From an uncultured delta proteobacterium (lineage in GTDB: Bacteria > Desulfobacterota > WTBG01 > CAIYCZ01 > CAIRTM01): a stretch of 64,000 nt of DNA. The stretch covers positions 96,001-160,000 of the forward strand of contig CAWDSQ010000001.1 in the NCBI GenBank assembly GCA_963804955.1. Reading direction: 5' to 3'. Of the stretch, positions 61,508-64,000 are shown in pieces; position 1 is the stretch's first letter; every line of letters begins with the position of its first letter. A program made the position numbers and the translations under genes. Under the pieces are notes generated by a model, which searched no databases, was not told the origin of the DNA, and was given only the letters and a program-made list of their open reading frames with translations.

Positions 61508-62460
61508 GTGAGCAAACAGGTGAATAAAACGCTCATAGGCGGATTCGTCGTCGGCGCGATCGCACTGCTGGTTGTGGCGCTGGTGATTTTCGGCTCCGGC
61601 GAATTTTTTCAAAGCGCGCGCCGACGTTTGTCATGTACTTTGAACGCTCGGTCAAGGGGCTCGAATGTGGGCTCGCCGGTGAACTTCAAAGGCGTTCCCA
61701 TCGGGGCGGTGACCGACGTGCAGCTGCAGTTCAACGTCAAGGATCTGACGTCAAGATACCCGTGTTTGTTGAGCTGTATCCCGAGCGCATGTCGAGTGAT
61801 AGGAGGGGAGCGCAATATCAGGAATAGTCATACAGCGGCTGATCGACAAGGGATTGCGGGCGCAGCTCAAGATGCAGAGCCTGATTACCGGCCAGCTCAT
61901 GATCGAGCTTGATTTTTATGAACAACAAGCCCGCCGTGTTCGCGGGCGACGGCAAAATTCCTGAAATCCCCACGATTCCCGTCAAGCCTGAAGAGCTTAT
62001 CCCGGACGCTGGCAAATATTCCGTTCGACAAGATCGCCGAGAAGCTGACGAAATCCATTGAAGGCATCGAGCGCATCATCAACTCGCCCGAGACTCGGCA
62101 CGACGCTTACATCGCTTGCTGCGGCCATCAAGGATATACAGACCCTGGTGCGCAATGTGGACGAAAAGATCGGGCCCTTGACCAGGGAGTATGGCGCTGC
62201 TGGCCACTAATGCCAACGAAGAGCTCGACAAGGTCAGCGCCGCCGTGGCAAAGATGCTGGAAGCAGCTGAAAAGGCCTCCGATCAGGCAAACAGGCTTAT
62301 GGTAAAAACCGCCGATGTCACGTCGGCAAACTCGCCCGTCGTGTACGAACTCACCCGCAGCCTGCAGGATCTCTCGTCTGCGGCCCGGTCGCTGCGCACC
62401 ATGTCGGATACTATTGCGCAGCACCCGGAATCGCTTTTATACGGCAAAGGAGGAAAATAA
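61508..62460 (+). CDS. MlaD/MCE-domain protein (PqiB-like; multiply frameshifted)
   Basis: TLIGGFVVGA, VGSPVNFKGVPIG.V, QSLITGQL, ARSLR...HPESLLYGK. Confidence 0.85.
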
Positions 62461-62461
62461 T

Positions 62462-63063
62462 ATGAAAAGAAGAACATCAGCGCTTTTTGTTTTCGGTACT
62501 TTGTCTTGCTTGTCTGCGCGGGATGCGCGCGCTCGGCGCCGACACATTTTTATCTGCTGCAGCCGCTGAGCGGCCAGGAAGCGCAGGTGCGGACGCCGGA
62601 CAGGTATTTGTTCGGGATCGGGCCTGTCGAAATTGCGGACTATCTCAAGCGCCAGCAGATCGCCAATCGCATCGATGCAGAATGAAATTTTATTTTCCGA
62701 TTTCAACAGCTGGGCAGAGCCCCTGGACAGATGCGTGACTACGCGTGCTTTCGGAAAACCTCTCCGTGCTGCTGAACACCGACACATGTCGAGACCTATC
62801 CCGTGGCTCCCGTCGCTTCCCGTTGACTACCAGGTGCGGATGCGTATTGTCCGTTTTGACGGTACAACGGATGAAGAGGCGGTTCTGGTCGCGTACTGGA
62901 GCATTTATGGCAGGGATGAGCGCCATGCTTGCAGATCGCAAATCCGTTGATCAGCGAAAAGATCGATGCGGGAGGCTTCGACGGGCTGGTGCAGGCTCAG
63001 AACAGGGCCCTTGAAAAGCTGAGCCGCGAAATAGCCGCGGCGCTGCAGAAAATCGCCCGATAA
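62462..63063 (+). CDS. PqiC-like ABC auxiliary lipoprotein (multiply frameshifted)
   Basis: Fragments IGPVEIADYLKRQQI, WAEPL, LSENLS, RFDG, LSREIA. Confidence 0.75.
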
Positions 63064-63263
63064 ATTTACTGACGATATATGCACACTTAGTTCAAATCCC
63101 CACAAAAGAGGGAGCGAAAAAATTCCCCTTTTTCAAAGGGGGATTAAACAGCCAACTTATTTTTTTCGTATAAAATTAATAGTGCCCCCTTGTTTGCGGG
63201 GCGCTGTACTGAGAGGCTTGCGTCTATCAAGAGCGCCTGACGTGGAGCAGGGGGTATCGTGCC

Positions 63264-64000
63264 ATGAGGAGTATGAAATCATTTTCCGAAATCTGCGCCC
63301 GCGCTGCTGCCGCCCTTCTTGTGGCGGTCATGACGCTGTGGTGTATGAGCGCCATCTACTATGCCGACTTTCAAAGCAGCACGGTGCGGGCGGCAGCGGC
63401 AGGCCTGTTCGGACTTGCAACCGTCTGCGGCTTTGCCTTTGTGCCGAACCGGCGCCGCACGCTGGCCTGTTTCCTCGTCGCCTTTGCCGTTACTGTGGCC
63501 TGGTGGACAACGATACAGCCCTCCAACCGCCGCGACTGGCAGCAGGATGTTGCCGTACTGCCCTGGGCTACGATACAGGGGCCTCTGGTCACGCTGCACA
63601 ATATCCGCAACTTTACCTACCGCACCGAGATTGATTGTACTCCCCGTTATTATGACAAAACTTTTGACACTGCAAAGCTCAGCGCGGTAGATCTCATCGC
63701 CGTGTACTGGATGGGGGATGCCATCGCCCATATCATGCTCAGCTTCGGCTTTGGCGGCTCGGACTATGTGGTCTTTTCCATAGAAACCCGTAAGGAAAAG
63801 CACGAGGCATATTCCTCTATCAAGGGGTTTTTCAAGCAGTATGAGCTTATCTATGTAGTGGGCGACGAGCGCGACCTGATACGGGTGCGCACCGACTACC
63901 GCAGTCCGCAGGAAGATGTGTACCTGTACCGCCTGCGCATTGCGCCGGAGGGAGCGAGGCAGCTTTTTCTGGAATATGTGAAAAAGATCAACCAGCTCCG
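63264..64000 (+). CDS. DUF4105 (Lnb N-terminal-like) protein, 3'-truncated by window edge
   Basis: Own translation: TM helices then WW..IQPSNRRDWQ, VTLHNIRNF.YR, AHIMLSFGF, SIETRKE, ERDLIRVRT. Confidence 0.85.
   Translation, partial: MRSMKSFSEICARAAAALLVAVMTLWCMSAIYYADFQSSTVRAAAAGLFGLATVCGFAFVPNRRRTLACFLVAFAVTVAWWTTIQPSNRRDWQQDVAVLPWATIQGPLVTLHNIRNFTYRTEIDCTPRYYDKTFDTAKLSAVDLIAVYWMGDAIAHIMLSFGFGGSDYVVFSIETRKEKHEAYSSIKGFFKQYELIYVVGDERDLIRVRTDYRSPQEDVYLYRLRIAPEGARQLFLEYVKKINQL

Noticed and set aside
21800..64000. Prophage, ICE or integron as carrier of the accessory region
   Set aside because: No integrase, transposase, phage or conjugation genes, tRNA or attC arrays seen.

Overview
64 kb of a moderately GC-rich bacterial chromosome. 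The gene content (multiheme cytochromes, PilZ/HD-GYP/GGDEF signalling, V4R, rubrerythrin-like protein, short-type LeuCD) suggests an anaerobic deltaproteobacterium (Desulfobacterota-like); this is inference. 1-21.8 kb is mostly housekeeping and signalling: ahcY, folD, nth, an M24 peptidase, a sigma-28 factor, arfB, leuCD, hsp20 and c-di-GMP proteins. 22-64 kb is an envelope-focused accessory region with three DUF3313 paralogs, two Gly/Arg-rich secreted paralogs, DUF2092, two lipase-like hydrolases, gnd/pgl, a NarX/NarL-type two-component set, an RND pump, MlaE/F/D-PqiC and a DUF4105 gene. The standout is at 37.0-40.8 kb: a membrane-anchored NapC/NirT-like heptaheme cytochrome followed by what looks like one exported selenoprotein. 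It has a signal peptide and heme, an in-frame TGA followed by a bacterial SECIS-like hairpin, about 10 more heme motifs and a C-terminal tandem rhodanese, suggesting a quinol-fed periplasmic sulfur/selenium transfer and reduction module. Also notable are a four-helix-bundle gene wrapped in complementary heptamer arrays inside the mla operon, several REP/MITE-like elements (one in-frame in a CDS, two at TAG stops), and an FeS-domain remnant fused to a DacB. Many genes carry apparent 1-bp frameshifts, most likely long-read assembly errors. No rRNA, tRNA or CRISPR array was recognised. Family names come from motif recognition by eye, not from database searches.
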